Source of the DNA: Octopus sinensis
Taxonomy: Eukaryota
NCBI RefSeq assembly: GCF_006345805.1
Contig: NC_043010.1
Location: forward strand, 31,992,001 to 32,056,000
DNA length: 64,000 nucleotides
Direction: 5' to 3'
Shown here: piece after piece, positions 47,831-60,547 of the stretch
How the letters are laid out: the number at the start of each line of letters is the position of its first letter
Position numbering within the stretch: the first letter of the stretch is position 1
Notes under the pieces: model-generated
Database searches by the model: none
Seen by the model: only the letters and a program-made list of their open reading frames with translations
What the model was told of the DNA's origin: nothing
Translations under genes and position numbers: made by a program

Positions 47831-48619
47831 TGCCTGGTACTGCATCAGGGTATTTATTATTATTATTATTATTACAATAAAGGTGGTGATCTTGCTGAAC
47901 CTTTAGCATGTTGGACAAAATGCTTAGTGGCATTTCATCAGTCATTATGTCGTGAGAGAGAGAAAGAGAGAAAGAAAGAGAGAGTAGTGAGAGGTAAGGT
48001 GAAAGAGAAATGATAATGATATGAAGAAGGAACTGAGATGGTTAAAAAGTTAGTTGAAGTAAAAGGTTGAGAGAAAAAGAGAGGGAGAAAATATAAAGTG
48101 CTTAGCAGAGGCAAATTTTAAACGTCATGTGTTATTGTGATGAATAAAAAAATAACATTTTAACATTCAATTTTTTATACCTTCTATCCATTGATATATT
48201 TATCTATCTATTCACATTGACAAACATCTCCTCGACTGGACAGAAGGAAGGATTGCATTAGATATGATAATAAACTTATAGATAAAGAGAGATTTTTCAA
48301 TGAAAGTGTAATAACTTAGCAAAATAGCCATGGATATATTTATTATTTGAACTTTGTATTGACAGCAAGAAAAATACAAGTGAACTGAACAGCTGGCAAA
48401 CTACTTTTGTTACTGAAAACTATGATGATGGTGGTGGTAGGGATGCTGAGGGTGGAGGTGGCGATGATGATGGCAGTGGTGGTGATGATGGTGGTGGTGC
48501 TGAGTGGATACTTTTTTATAAATTCAGCTAAATTTTTTATATTGCCTATCACTTAAGGCATGTGCATATGTGCAATTATTTATCACCTGCTTGTTTGAAA
48601 ATTCATATTTGTTTATAAA

Positions 48620-49020
48620 ACATGGATCACAGATGATGTAAGCCAAAAAGAGAAAGAATGAGCAATAACAAAGAGAGAAGCCTAAGGTTGAATCATTAGA
48701 ACAAGCAAGGGAGCATCAGCATGTAGAAGGGAAAATGCAAATCAAAGAGTATAGAGTGAGAATTTACAACAGATAAAGAAATGTGTTCAAGATGGAATTT
48801 TAAACGGAAATGAGAGAGAACATACAAATAACTGTAAACATGTTTGAAAATTACAATATTAGTAACATGAATATTTTCTGTAATCATTGTGAAGCTCATA
48901 GATTTATAAATGAACCTCTGAACTGCTGAGAGAAGGGGAAAAATCATGCTCCTTCAATTACAGCTTTATCCAGAAGAAATGAAGGATCTTATCACTTTGA
49001 CCGGCAGATTTAAAAAATAA
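48620..49020 (+). pseudogene. Helitron RepHel N-terminal remnant
   Basis: NISNMNIFCNHCEAHRFINEPLNC*..GK(frameshift)IMLLQLQLYPEEMKDLIT resembles the Helitron M-x3-C-x2-C-x-A-x2-F-x2-E...CC-x2-GK-x2-LP-x-L-x2-YP motif; a decayed Glu/Arg-rich stretch precedes it. Confidence 0.7.
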
Positions 49021-49419
49021 TTTTTTGTAACTAAACACTTTTAAACTACTGGTAGAATATGTCATATAAAACATCTTTTTCTCTTAGCGTTCTTGAGAAA
49101 ATTTTGTAGTTTGTAAGCTATTTGTTGGATGGTTTGTCAGGATCTGACAAGTCACTGAAACTAATAATTAGATAAAATTATCTGTTTGTCTAATGACCGC
49201 ATCATATTCTTATCATCACTTTGCCACGGTAATCCTGAATGAACATGTAGCATTGCTAACCACAAGGTTTAGAGTTCAAATATGACAGAGGCTATTGCAT
49301 TTATGCTCTTGCATATGTTTGTTAAAGTATATTATTCTGTTTGTTTCAGCTGTTCGTATAGAGTTGCATAACATTTTTATTTATTTCTCTGTCTCACATA
49401 AATACATACATATCACCGT

Positions 49420-49612
49420 TGGTGATTTTTTTTTCTGTCTTCCCTTCTCTGGATCTTTCCTTCTCCTATGTTTCCGACGAAGAGCTCCGCTCGAAACGTT
49501 AAACCCTCCTTCTACCCTTCTTTCCTGAGCATCCAATAATACTATATTTGTTCCACGTCCTCGTGTTGTTGTGTTTTTTTGTGTTTTCTTGTTTGGATTA
49601 ACTTTATATATA
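49420..49612 (+). mobile_element. Solo PLE LTR-like repeat containing a hammerhead-like motif
   Basis: Well-preserved, CpG-containing copy colinear with 36330-36520; ends in (TA)n. Confidence 0.7.
49470..49504 (+). ncRNA. Minimal type I hammerhead-like motif, U4C variant
   Basis: GTTT-CCGACGA-A-GAGC-TCC-GCTC-GAAA-CG-T-T-AAAC: stem I GTTT/AAAC, stem II GAGC/GCTC, palindromic ACGT in place of stem III. Confidence 0.6.
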
Positions 49613-52600
49613 TATATACACATAAGAATACTCACATGCACACACATACTCCCCCCTCTCTCTCTCTCTCTCTCTCTGGGTTGTTCATTTGATTGAACAG
49701 TTGGATGATCATATGTTGAAATTAACAGGAGAGTTCATCATGTTTGTATATGTGAGTGTGTGCTTGTTTCATTTGTTAGTTATATATATGTTTATAGTAT
49801 ATATAAGTATGTATATACTGCCCTGTGTATATGTGTATATATTGTTGGCAACATATTATATAAATATTTCTGTCTGAAAAATATTATACTTCCTATATTT
49901 GTCTCCATTCTAACTTGTCCTTGTCTTCACATGCAAAACTATTTACTTTGTGTATATATGATTTCATCATACTTCCAGTTTGTTTTAAATTATTGATACT
50001 TAATTTAAGAAATTTCATAATATGTTTATGATAAACTTTATTTTCTTCTATTAGATTCTGCTAAAAAGAATTGTAATATTATTTATTAAATCTTCTATAA
50101 CATTCATGGCAATTGTTGCTGTTGCTGCTGCTGTTGTTTGCTAATTTTAGTAGTTCTACGGATATTGAATATAGAATATTTTGTTTGTTAGCTCTATTGA
50201 TATGATTATTGTTATCAGGTGGCATTTTTATTATATCAAATTGGTTCTTATTTCTTTTATAATATGAATGTTATATTATTTATTAAGCTTCTATTTATGG
50301 CAAGAAAACATGATGATATTACAACTCATGTTATATATTATTATTTATGAATTTTCTATTTATGGCAAGAAAAATATATGAAATTACTGCTGTTATTTCT
50401 TTTATTAAATTCTAACTCTACAAGATAAATCCCTTGGCAGTGTTCTTGAAATTCATCATCATAATTATTTATAGAGATTAAACCATTTAGATTTTTTAAT
50501 ACATCTATTAGAATTTCAGATTTATTTTGTTATTGTTGTTGTTTAGAGAAATACATCAAACAGAATTGGGCAAATATTAGAAAATATGCATAAAACTGTC
50601 CAAGGTTACCAAATACAGTATGAGTGAGAATATCCAATCAATGTGTACAGGTCCCAGTGTTGTTTTCTTTAATGTACCTATGATCATCCTTCTATGTGTA
50701 ATCTGCAATGTCTTTACAGACACACTTGTCTATCATTCCTGTTGTATCAATCACAGATGGAATGATAAAAACATTCCTTGATAACCATAATGTTATAAAT
50801 TAAACAGTTACATCCATGTAATTCCTCAGATTTTTCACCTCCCTTCTGAACAATATTGTATTATATTATTGTGTTGATAATTAATTCACTGGTGTTGTTT
50901 TTGTTATAGAGAATGATGTCAGGTCTATCATGTGCTATCTCATTATGGCTCTGCATGTTAAAGTTTCATAGTATTTATGTATTATCCTATGATAAGTGGA
51001 TTAAGTATTTTAAGTTAGGTGGCCACACATACATACATATGCACACACACGTGTGCATATGTGCACACATGCACAGTTACTTTGTCAAATACATTTTGTC
51101 AAAGCTAGTCTAGGATATCCTGATACAGGATAATGTCTTGACTCAGGAAATACTCAATACAGGAAACATTCATCATCTATATTGTAGGAATTATGGCTAT
51201 TCCTTTCAAAATATTTGGCAGTGATGGTCTATTTCTTGTATTGTGGATGTTGTTACTTCTGCTGCTCTATTCAGACAGAATTTGTGCATCCGAGCCAAAG
51301 ATATAGTCTTTGTTTTCTTTTTTTTTTATTTGTATCGTGTGTAAACAGAAATATTGTCTATGTATACACGTAACTTAATGGTTGTTCTCCACGGTTGACC
51401 TATGTACCATTACAATACTTACATACCTGTATTTTATGCTGACTGAAGTCCAGTTTAGATGTTTGATATCTAATGCCCTTCTGTGCATGACATTTGTTGC
51501 TGTTTATTTAATTTAATACCCTTTTTTCATGATCAACAAGAGAACTCAGCAGGCCTTCTTGTGAGCTAGAAAAGTTATAGACAATATTAATAACTGCCTT
51601 CTTATATTGCTTCCTAGCACTCTCTGGTCCCCTACCACCTTCTGTTTTAAGGATTCAGTTATTTGATGTCAAGCTTATTGTGTAGTAGGTGATGTTTGTA
51701 GATGAGTAGTACCATTAAAATGATATTAAAATCCTGCCTAGGTAAATTTTCTCTTTTATCTATCAGAGATTGATAAAATATAAAAAAACAAACAAAAAGC
51801 ACCAGCCATGAGCTAAGGTTGATTTGTCCAACCAGCCCTTCACCCTTGAAATTTTGTAGGCTTATGCCTTCTGTAGAAACAGCTATTATGGTAATTGATC
51901 TATTTCCATCATGATTTATTTAATGCCCACTTTACCATGCTTGCATGGATCACATGTAATTTGTTGAAACAGCTTTTCTACAGCTGGATACCCTTTCTAT
52001 TTCTAAGCAAGGTAATATTTGGCATGGCCAGGCACATTTTTCATGAAAGATTAGGAACAGACGACATCACTTGTATGATAGTGATGCACATTTACAACCA
52101 TTACATGATGCGGAGACAAGGGTACACAAAGACATACACATGCATGCACACACACACGTATACATACTTCTCCACCCACACACAAATAAATGCAACAGGC
52201 TTCTTTCAGTTCTCATCAACCAAATTCATTCATAAAGCTTCATGATAATAAATATATTTGTTGGATATAGAAAATTATTTAAGCCCACTGAAATTTCTAT
52301 TTAATATAGTGAAAATAATGTTTTTTTTGAATTAATATAAACATTATCTGTTTAAAATTTACCCTACTTAGTCTCACTATTACAATTCAGTTTATATTTT
52401 TATCATGCTAATCCATATTGATGCAATACAGTTTATTACTATGTTTATATTATGTCCATTGTTAAAGCAAAAACCTACATTTTCTGTTCAGACAGCTTTT
52501 AATTAATTTCCAGGAATGTTTGTGTCATAATGAGGAAAAGTCAGAGATTTGCAACCTCTATACTTTATCTTTCAACTATTTTTAATGTTTTTAGAAATTT

Positions 52601-53168
52601 TACTGATATTCATCATCTACTCTCTCTTAACTAGACAGGAGTATTTACTCTTAGGTTGATATATTTTTAACCTCTCGTTTCACAAACACAGACACATTCA
52701 GATGTACACACACACACTCACACAGACACAAACACACATGTTTATCCTACTGATAAATATAATTCAACTTCTGCAGTTGATATTAATCTTACTTTAAGCA
52801 AACTTTTATATGTATTCAATTTTCTGTGTATGTGTTGTGTATGCACACATGTGTATCTAGTAACTGTAGTTATATATTGTACTCTCTGAAAGAGTCTCTG
52901 TGCTTGTATAATGAAAGTTTTGGTATTTTTTATGGAAAAACACCAGTATCTAACTAACTATATATATATTATACAAATTCACACACACCCACGTATACTA
53001 GAATAAAAGTATAGACTGGCAAACAGTTGGTATCTGGTTAGATTAATGATATTCATGTATGTATATATGGAGAAAAGAATGCTTAGGAAATGTTCATAAT
53101 GGTATATATAGGAGTACTTCTGGAATAATTATAAGGTAAGGCCTTAGTATTGATATTGTATAGTAAGT

Positions 53169-53390
53169 AAAGGTGATGAGCTGGCAGAATCATTAGTGTA
53201 TCAGGCAAAATGCTTAGTGGTATTTCATCGATTTTTGTGTTTTGAGCTCAAATTCCACCAAGGTCAACTTTGGCTTTCATCTTTTTGGGGGTCAATAAAA
53301 TAAGTACCAGTTGAGCACTGGGGTCAATGTAATCGACTTATTCTCTCCCCCAAACTTGCTGTGCTTGTGCCAAAATTTGAAACTAGAATT
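53169..53390 (+). mobile_element. SINE family A with TSD-like flanks
   Basis: Typical head, B box and core; ATAGTAAGT at 53160-53168 and 53393-53401. Confidence 0.85.
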
Positions 53391-53896
53391 ACATAGTAAG
53401 TTAAGTCAGGTCATCATAGATAAAATCCAAAAACAGCTATAAGGGTGAATTTGCACACCTTGTTTCTTCCTTTTCTTTCAGTTTTGAATTTTACTTATGA
53501 TGACTTGCCTTAACTTGCTATGCAATATCAATACGACTGACTCATCTGGAGTATACATGCATAAATCACAACCATTATGAACACTTTCAACTCCCTAAGT
53601 GTTCTTTTCTCCACATTCAAACATACAAATGTCATAATCTGACCAGATTAAAACAGTCAATACTTTTATACACATACCAGTATGATTGAAACACTGCCTA
53701 TAACCAATTACCATTTAAGCAGCTATAACACACCTACATTTAAAGTTGCAATTCAAGTTTAGGCAGGAAGTCAACCTGAGCACTAATTGTTAGTAACTAT
53801 TATCTCACATCATTACACATAATATCAACTGAAATTTGCCGGTACATATACATCTGTCTGTCTGTATGTATACATATATACATAAATGTATGTATA

Positions 53897-53948
<52 letters not shown>

Positions 53949-53976
53949 GTGTTTGTACATTGAGAAAATATTGTAC

Positions 53977-54203
53977 ATTGAGAAAAAGGAGGTAGTCAGA
54001 ATTTTGGCTAATTCTTTATTAGTGTTTTCATTCATTTATCAAATTTGTCAAGACAAAATCAAAATAATTTTGATTTAGATTTTGTCTTGACGAGTTCAAT
54101 AAATGAATGAAAGTGGTAGTTTACTACCACTTTCATTCATTTATTGAAATTATCCAAAATTTATTGAATTATCCAAAATTCTGACTGCCTCTTTTTCCTC
54201 AAT
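53977..54203. mobile_element. MITE with ~40-bp TIRs and nested internal palindromes
   Basis: ATTGAGAAAAAGGAGGTAGTCAGAATTTTGG pairs with CCAAAATTCTGACTGCCTCTTTTTCCTCAAT; perfect 26-bp arms 54095-54120 / 54123-54148; a second hairpin at ~54027-54111. Confidence 0.75.
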
Positions 54204-54220
54204 ATATATATATATATATA

Positions 54221-54354
54221 ATATGTATATATATATTTAGGTATATACAAATGGTGATGCAAACAGGTAAAGTAGAACTGAAAATATGAGTATCTGTATA
54301 TTTTTATTAATATTTAACAGACCCTCAGACATTGAGTCACTTTGTTGCTTCTGC

Positions 54355-54398
<44 letters not shown>

Positions 54399-54534
54399 AT
54401 AATATGTATATATATATTTAGGTATATACAAATGGTGATGCAAACAGGTAAAGTAGAACTGAAAATATGAGTATCTGTATATTTTTATTAATATTTAACA
54501 GACCCTCAGACATTGAGTCACTTTGTTGCTTCTG

Positions 54535-54538
<4 letters not shown>
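54221..54538. repeat. Exact tandem duplication of ~137 bp (period 181) separated by (TA)n
   Basis: 54221-54357 equals 54402-54538 by eye. Confidence 0.9.
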
Positions 54539-54571
<33 letters not shown>

Positions 54572-54775
54572 GAAATGTACAGTATTATATATCCATTATG
54601 TTCAAGACAACTTATTACATCTGGTAAAGAACAAACAGAATGAGAAAATTTTTACTTAAAATATTGCAGCTAAGGATAAAATTTCAAATGAAATATTTAG
54701 ATTTAGAAAATATTAGCTTTTATTAAAACTAAAAATTCTATTACAAGTTATTACTTCTGTTTGTTATTACTTGTT

Positions 54776-55078
54776 GCTGTTTGTTCCTTCTTGAGCCATG
54801 CCTGATCATAAGGGCCGGTTTCCCAGTTTCATTGGTGCACTGGTTTCCCACCTGGATGGGTCACCAGTCCATCGCAGGTGAACTGCTAGATGCAGGAAGA
54901 AAGAGTGAGTGAAAGTTGTGGTGAAAGAGTCAGCAGAAGTTTGCCACTACCTTCTACCAGAGCTGTGTGGAGCTTAGGTGTTTTGCTCATAAACACACAT
55001 ATCGCCTGGTCTGGGATTCAAACCAGCAATCCCTCAACCACGAGTCCACTGCTCTAACCACTAGGCCATGTGCCTCCA
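54776..55078 (-). mobile_element. V-SINE-like tRNA-derived SINE with 14-bp TSD
   Basis: A box TGGCCTAGTGG, B box GGTTTGAATCCC, V-domain-like CCTGCGATGGACTGGTGACCCATCCAGG; TGTTATTACTTGTT at 54762-54775 and 55079-55092. Confidence 0.85.
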
Positions 55079-55970
55079 TGTTATTACTTGTTACTTCTAT
55101 TAGATATAGAAGATAATTCAATTAAAATGTTTTTTGCACTTTAAAGAAATTCATCTTTTAAATTAATAATTAATTATTAGAAATTTGAAAATAGATTATA
55201 AAAAATAATAGGAATACATAATTAGTACAATAAATAGAATTCAAAAATTAGTTGTATATTACAATAAAATCAACTTATAACAACAAATTCACAGTAAAAT
55301 TTGCTTGAGCTATTGCCGAAGTCTTCATATTTTTAGTTATGACCTAATGCCTATTTTTTACGTAATGAATTTGCCTATCATATATATTATTCTACTTTGC
55401 ATAAAACTTTAGCTATATTGGTACTTCTGAAATATTTTAATAAAATGATGGTACCTTTTTTTTATTATAATGTTACTTTGTAAATTAAAATCAAGGAATA
55501 AATTAGAAAACGAAATCAATATAAAATGATAACAAAGAAAAAAATAAAGGTTCAATTTTAAATATTAAAATATTTAATTATTATCCACTGCTGAGTTCTA
55601 AATGACATAATATAATATTGTGTATTACTTTTGTTGAAATACCTATTCTTCAATTGTATAACTGAAATATGTGAAAGAAACAGCTGTCTGGTTAAATTAA
55701 ATAAATAATCCATATTACCTGTTCATTTATTTATATAAACCTGTTCCATTTATTTGATGACATTTATTGGACTCCATATAATAAATTGATTCTATTAATG
55801 ATTTTTATTTATATATATTTTTACGGAAATTAAAGGAATCCCGTAAATAAAGTATGATAAAAAAAAAACTTGGAAAGCTAGGGAATAATGCCCTAAACAG
55901 AAGAAGTATTTTCATCTGGAAATATATATATATGTGTGTGTGGTGTGTGTGTATAATGTATATATATATG

Positions 55971-56047
<77 letters not shown>

Positions 56048-59000
56048 GTAAACAGAGTTAGTGGTTATAGTAACTGGCTAAGGGATAAAATATCCATATA
56101 TACTATCAGTATCTGTATTGTCCCTGGGCATTGGTGTACAGGCACACCATACAAGTAGAGTGCAGATAACAACAGCATAAACAAGAGTTTATCAGGAACT
56201 AATGCAAATAATTAGAAAATGGAGAAAACCAAAGATTAACCAACACATTGATTGGACCACATTTACATCTTGTTTTTTAATACAAAGCATGTCATAACAA
56301 AATAGGTGACATAACATATCTTATGGCTATTACTGATCAGATTGCCTAACTGCAGTCTATAAATAAATGTGAGAATAAAGTTCTTCATCTTCAAGGGGTA
56401 CTTGAATTAAGGCAACAGATCTTTATCAGAGTGAAAAACAAGAGCATACAATATAAACAAAAGTAAGAAGGAAAAGAAAAGAAAACATGGCTTAGACAAA
56501 TAGTCTAGAAGCCCAATATGTCAAGAGTAAATAATAAATTATGTAATAATGATAAATGCAAAATTCGGTCTGGGGTTAGACAAATAGGAGCCAATACACC
56601 ACCAAGTTGCCCCTCACCCAATCTGTTTTTGGAAAATAAGTACACTGTTATAAGGTTTGTTGTTTCCTCACCTGTCTGCCTTTTTCGTTTTTACATTTGA
56701 ACTCTGTGCATGTGTGTGTGTGTGTGTGCACGTGTGAGATGAGAAAGCTGAGTTCACTCATTGAGTTACATTTCTTTAGAGAGTTACTTTTGTAATTTAT
56801 ACTGGTGGATACAAACACCAATATAGGACACATACACACTTACCTACATGTTCAGATTTCTATGATGGTACATATATTATGATGGGCTTCCACATGTCTG
56901 TCATCTAAATTTTTCTGACAAGGTAATGCTCAGATCCAGAAGCGCTGTGGTAGAAGACACTTACCCAGAGATTACTGTACAGTGGGATTGCATCTGAAGC
57001 AGAGTATATGTTGTCTTGTGCTAAATTTCCTTTACTTTAAGCCTTGAGTCTCTTCTGAAGTAAGATTATAACCCCCCCACCCCCCACCCACACACACACA
57101 CATACACACACAACCATATTTTTCTGGTGATACTAGCTGCATATCTGAATATTTGTTCAGAAATACTGATCCTTTACATATGCATGCTTTAAAAAAATTT
57201 TTACAATTGACATTTTTGACACATTCTTAGCAGAAAGATATCATCATCATTATATATTTTTTCTATAAAGAATTGATTTTACTTACATTTCTAAAGAATT
57301 ACAAAAAGCAATTTTGAACTGACCAATATTGAAAATGGTTTTTTAACTTTATACCTTATATATCATTGTTAAAATTTTTTTTTTAAATGATAGATATTTC
57401 CTATGTTTTACAAAGTTTATGGAGCTTAGAATTAATCTGGTCCATAAATATTCTCATAACTGTTTTATGGAATATTTTCTTTTTATGAGATACAGAATGC
57501 TTAACACTGAGATCTCTTCTTATGTTATTTTTGAAATTTTCTCTAGCATATCCTTTGAATATCCAACTAAAATTATATGGCTTTGACATTATTCTGCAAT
57601 ATGTTTCATTGTTTTATTATATATATTGTTTCTATATTAAAATATTTTGGTTTTGTTTGGATAATTATTTCTGTTTATTCAAATCTTCCAATAACATATG
57701 ATATATTCTATGATGTTAATTTTATACAATTTTATTTGGTATTTTCCTTTAACCCCAAAGAGAGTCAGTTGTATGCTTTAAGAGCCATTCTTCATTCTGT
57801 TCTTTGATTTTACCAAAAATGGCTGTTCTTTTATAGTGGATACATTATTCCCAGTTTTCTTCTATAATTTGTACCAAGTGCCTCTTGAATTTTCTCTCTC
57901 TTTCCCCTCCCTTTCTCTCTCTCTCTCTCTCACTCACTCACTCACTCACTCACTCACTCACTGACTCACACACACACACACACGTATGCAACCACATAGG
58001 CAAAAGGAGTGTCCTGAATATGTCTGTCAACATATGTCCAAATTCTTCCTCAGAAATGGAAAAAAAAATAGTGGTAGCTCGAATGATTTACATAATCATT
58101 CACGTCAATTTATTATTCATTAGACATCAGGCAAGTCACTTATTTTCCCTGAAATTTCTCAGTAAGAAACATTATTAACAATAACCTTCTTTACTGATAG
58201 GAGCTGTATGATGTTTAGCATAAGGTTACAGGTAAACTGCAAGACTAGGAATTTGAAAAGAAGAAAAGCTTGTCAATGCTATACAAACATACCAATCTAG
58301 AACATGGGGGATTGCTAGATAACATGAAAGTTAAGATCTTATTCATGCATAGAACCAACACAATACTCAGACTATGGAGGCCACACATATAATATACATT
58401 TAGCCTCAACAGAAAATACGAGTGGAATAGTAACACATACACCTCACAACTCAACAACTAAAGAAATAATATGACACAGGAAGAAAAAAGGAGACACATA
58501 CAAACACTACAATATACAAACCCACACACATTCACATTCCAAACACATAGATACACACAGGTATAAACACAAAGCTATGTAAAGACAGGGGTACATGCCA
58601 CAGAGATACGAGGTTGACTAAATAAAATAAGGCCAGAAAAAGAGGAAACACTGAGAAGAATAATCATTGAGGAGGTTACAGATCATGCGACAAAAAACTT
58701 TGAGAAAATGACTAATAACTAATAACATTAGAACTGATGTCAAATAGTGTGTGTATTTGTTGGCAAAATGATCGTCCCCAAATATAATTATATCTGTTTT
58801 AACACACAATTTCATGTCAAGAATCTTGCAAGCAAAATATGTAAACATGAATTCTTAATTTTCTCATTGTATAGCTAACTGAAAGATCAATAGAATAAAC
58901 CATGTTTATTCTACTGATATATAAAATCCTTTGTATCTCAAACGGCTCAACCAAATCAAATCAAATTTTACATGGAGTGTCAACATGTAATTTTTTGGGA

Positions 59001-59190
59001 TTAAAACAATGCAATATTAGCACTGGTTCCATATTATATCTCAAAACTTGAAGAATAAAAGTGAAGCCTTCGATGGAGTAAGTTATAAATAGTTTCACTT
59101 TTATATTGTTTCACTTTTAATGCTTTCAGTATGTATATATATACATGTATGTATATCTATCTATCTATCTATCTATCTATCCCTCTCTTC

Positions 59191-59286
<96 letters not shown>

Positions 59287-60547
59287 TATATATCATAGCT
59301 GCACCCTCGTTGCACAAGAAAAGCTACTGCCAGAAAGACTTACTGAAATGATTCATTATTGATGCCATGTGATGCCCTTATATGACTTTTAAGCCCAGCC
59401 AAACTTTTACACATTTTATTACATACTAGACAAATGTGCTGGCTGGCAGGAGAAACAGGTGCCACCATATGCACTCTCTTAACATGTCTTTTCAGACCTC
59501 CAGATGTTCTGTTGTGAATTTTAGTAGCCACATTACTGTTTATCATGGGTTGATTTCTGTGAGATTTTTGATAGCTCACCAGGCCTGCATGACTTAAACA
59601 CCTCGCCCCACAAACCACACACACTAAAAGCAACACTCTCTCACTTTACACAGGTTCCCTCCTTCTTAGCCCCCTCCTCATTTTCTCATACTTCACTCTC
59701 TCCCTCTCAAACCTTGAATAACCATCATGCACTGTCTTCATCCATTATGATATTGTGCCTCCTTCTCCCAATCACCAACTGCAATTCCTGTCTGTATAAG
59801 AGCATTTTTAAGGCAATCCTTAAACCTTAGTTTAGGCTTATGCATTGGTCTCTTGCCATCTTCCAGCTCACCATACAATAGCTGCTTGGGCATTTGCTCA
59901 TCACTCATCCTTGCCAAATGTCATCCCAACCTCAAACGTCTTTGCAAAATCATTGACTCTATAGTTCTACTGCCATTCCTCTCAAGAACCTCCACATTAC
60001 TAATGGCCATTTTCCAGTTTATCTCCCAAATTTTTCTCAGACAGTATTGATGGTATTGTTCCAATTGCTTTACATGCCTACGATAAACAACCCATGATTC
60101 ACTCCCATGTAGCAAAGATGGCAGAACACACGTGTTATATACCTTAACTTTAATTTGTGAAGATATAGTATGTTGTTTCCACAAATGCCTATCAAACCTA
60201 CCAAAAGCACTACTAGCCCTACTGATTCTGTATGAAATTTCATCATCAAGACCAGCAGTTCTCAAGGTACTTTCTAAATAAGTAAATCTAGGCACAGTCT
60301 CCAACCTTTGACCGTTCACAGTTATAAAAGGTTCCACATACATCTTGGAGGGAATAGGCTGGTACATTATAACAGTTTTTTTTTTAGTTTGATCATTGGA
60401 CCCAATGCTGCACATGCTGCAAAAATTACATTCAGCATGTGCTGCATATCTTTCTGGGAATGTGCCAACTGATCATTATCATTTGCATACAGGAACTCAT
60501 GTTAAATGCCTTTTGTTTCTCTTCTAAGATAGGATTAACTTCTTCAT

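Noticed and set aside
48343-48552. Thr/Ile-rich ORF and its Gly/Asp-rich antisense
   Set aside because: It is a degenerate (GAT/GGT)n tract with no splice sites or domain.
9097-53390. Apparent plus-strand bias of SINE family A copies (about 12 plus vs 5 minus)
   Set aside because: The sample is small and partly clustered; it is not convincing evidence of a host transcription direction.
54990-55078. tRNA gene (also at the heads of SINE families A and B)
   Set aside because: A/B boxes are followed by SINE body and tail with a TSD, and there is no complete cloverleaf with an acceptor stem.
57287-57290. 4-nt minus-strand microexon (TTGCTTTTTGTAATTCTTTAG|AAAT|GTAAGT)
   Set aside because: It is frame-shifting, no host gene context was identified, and such adjacency is expected by chance in AT-rich sequence; it would need junction reads.
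59340-59636. Host C2H2 zinc-finger gene
   Set aside because: It is contiguous and co-oriented with RTE thumb coding sequence, decayed, and has no splice signals or TGEKP linkers.
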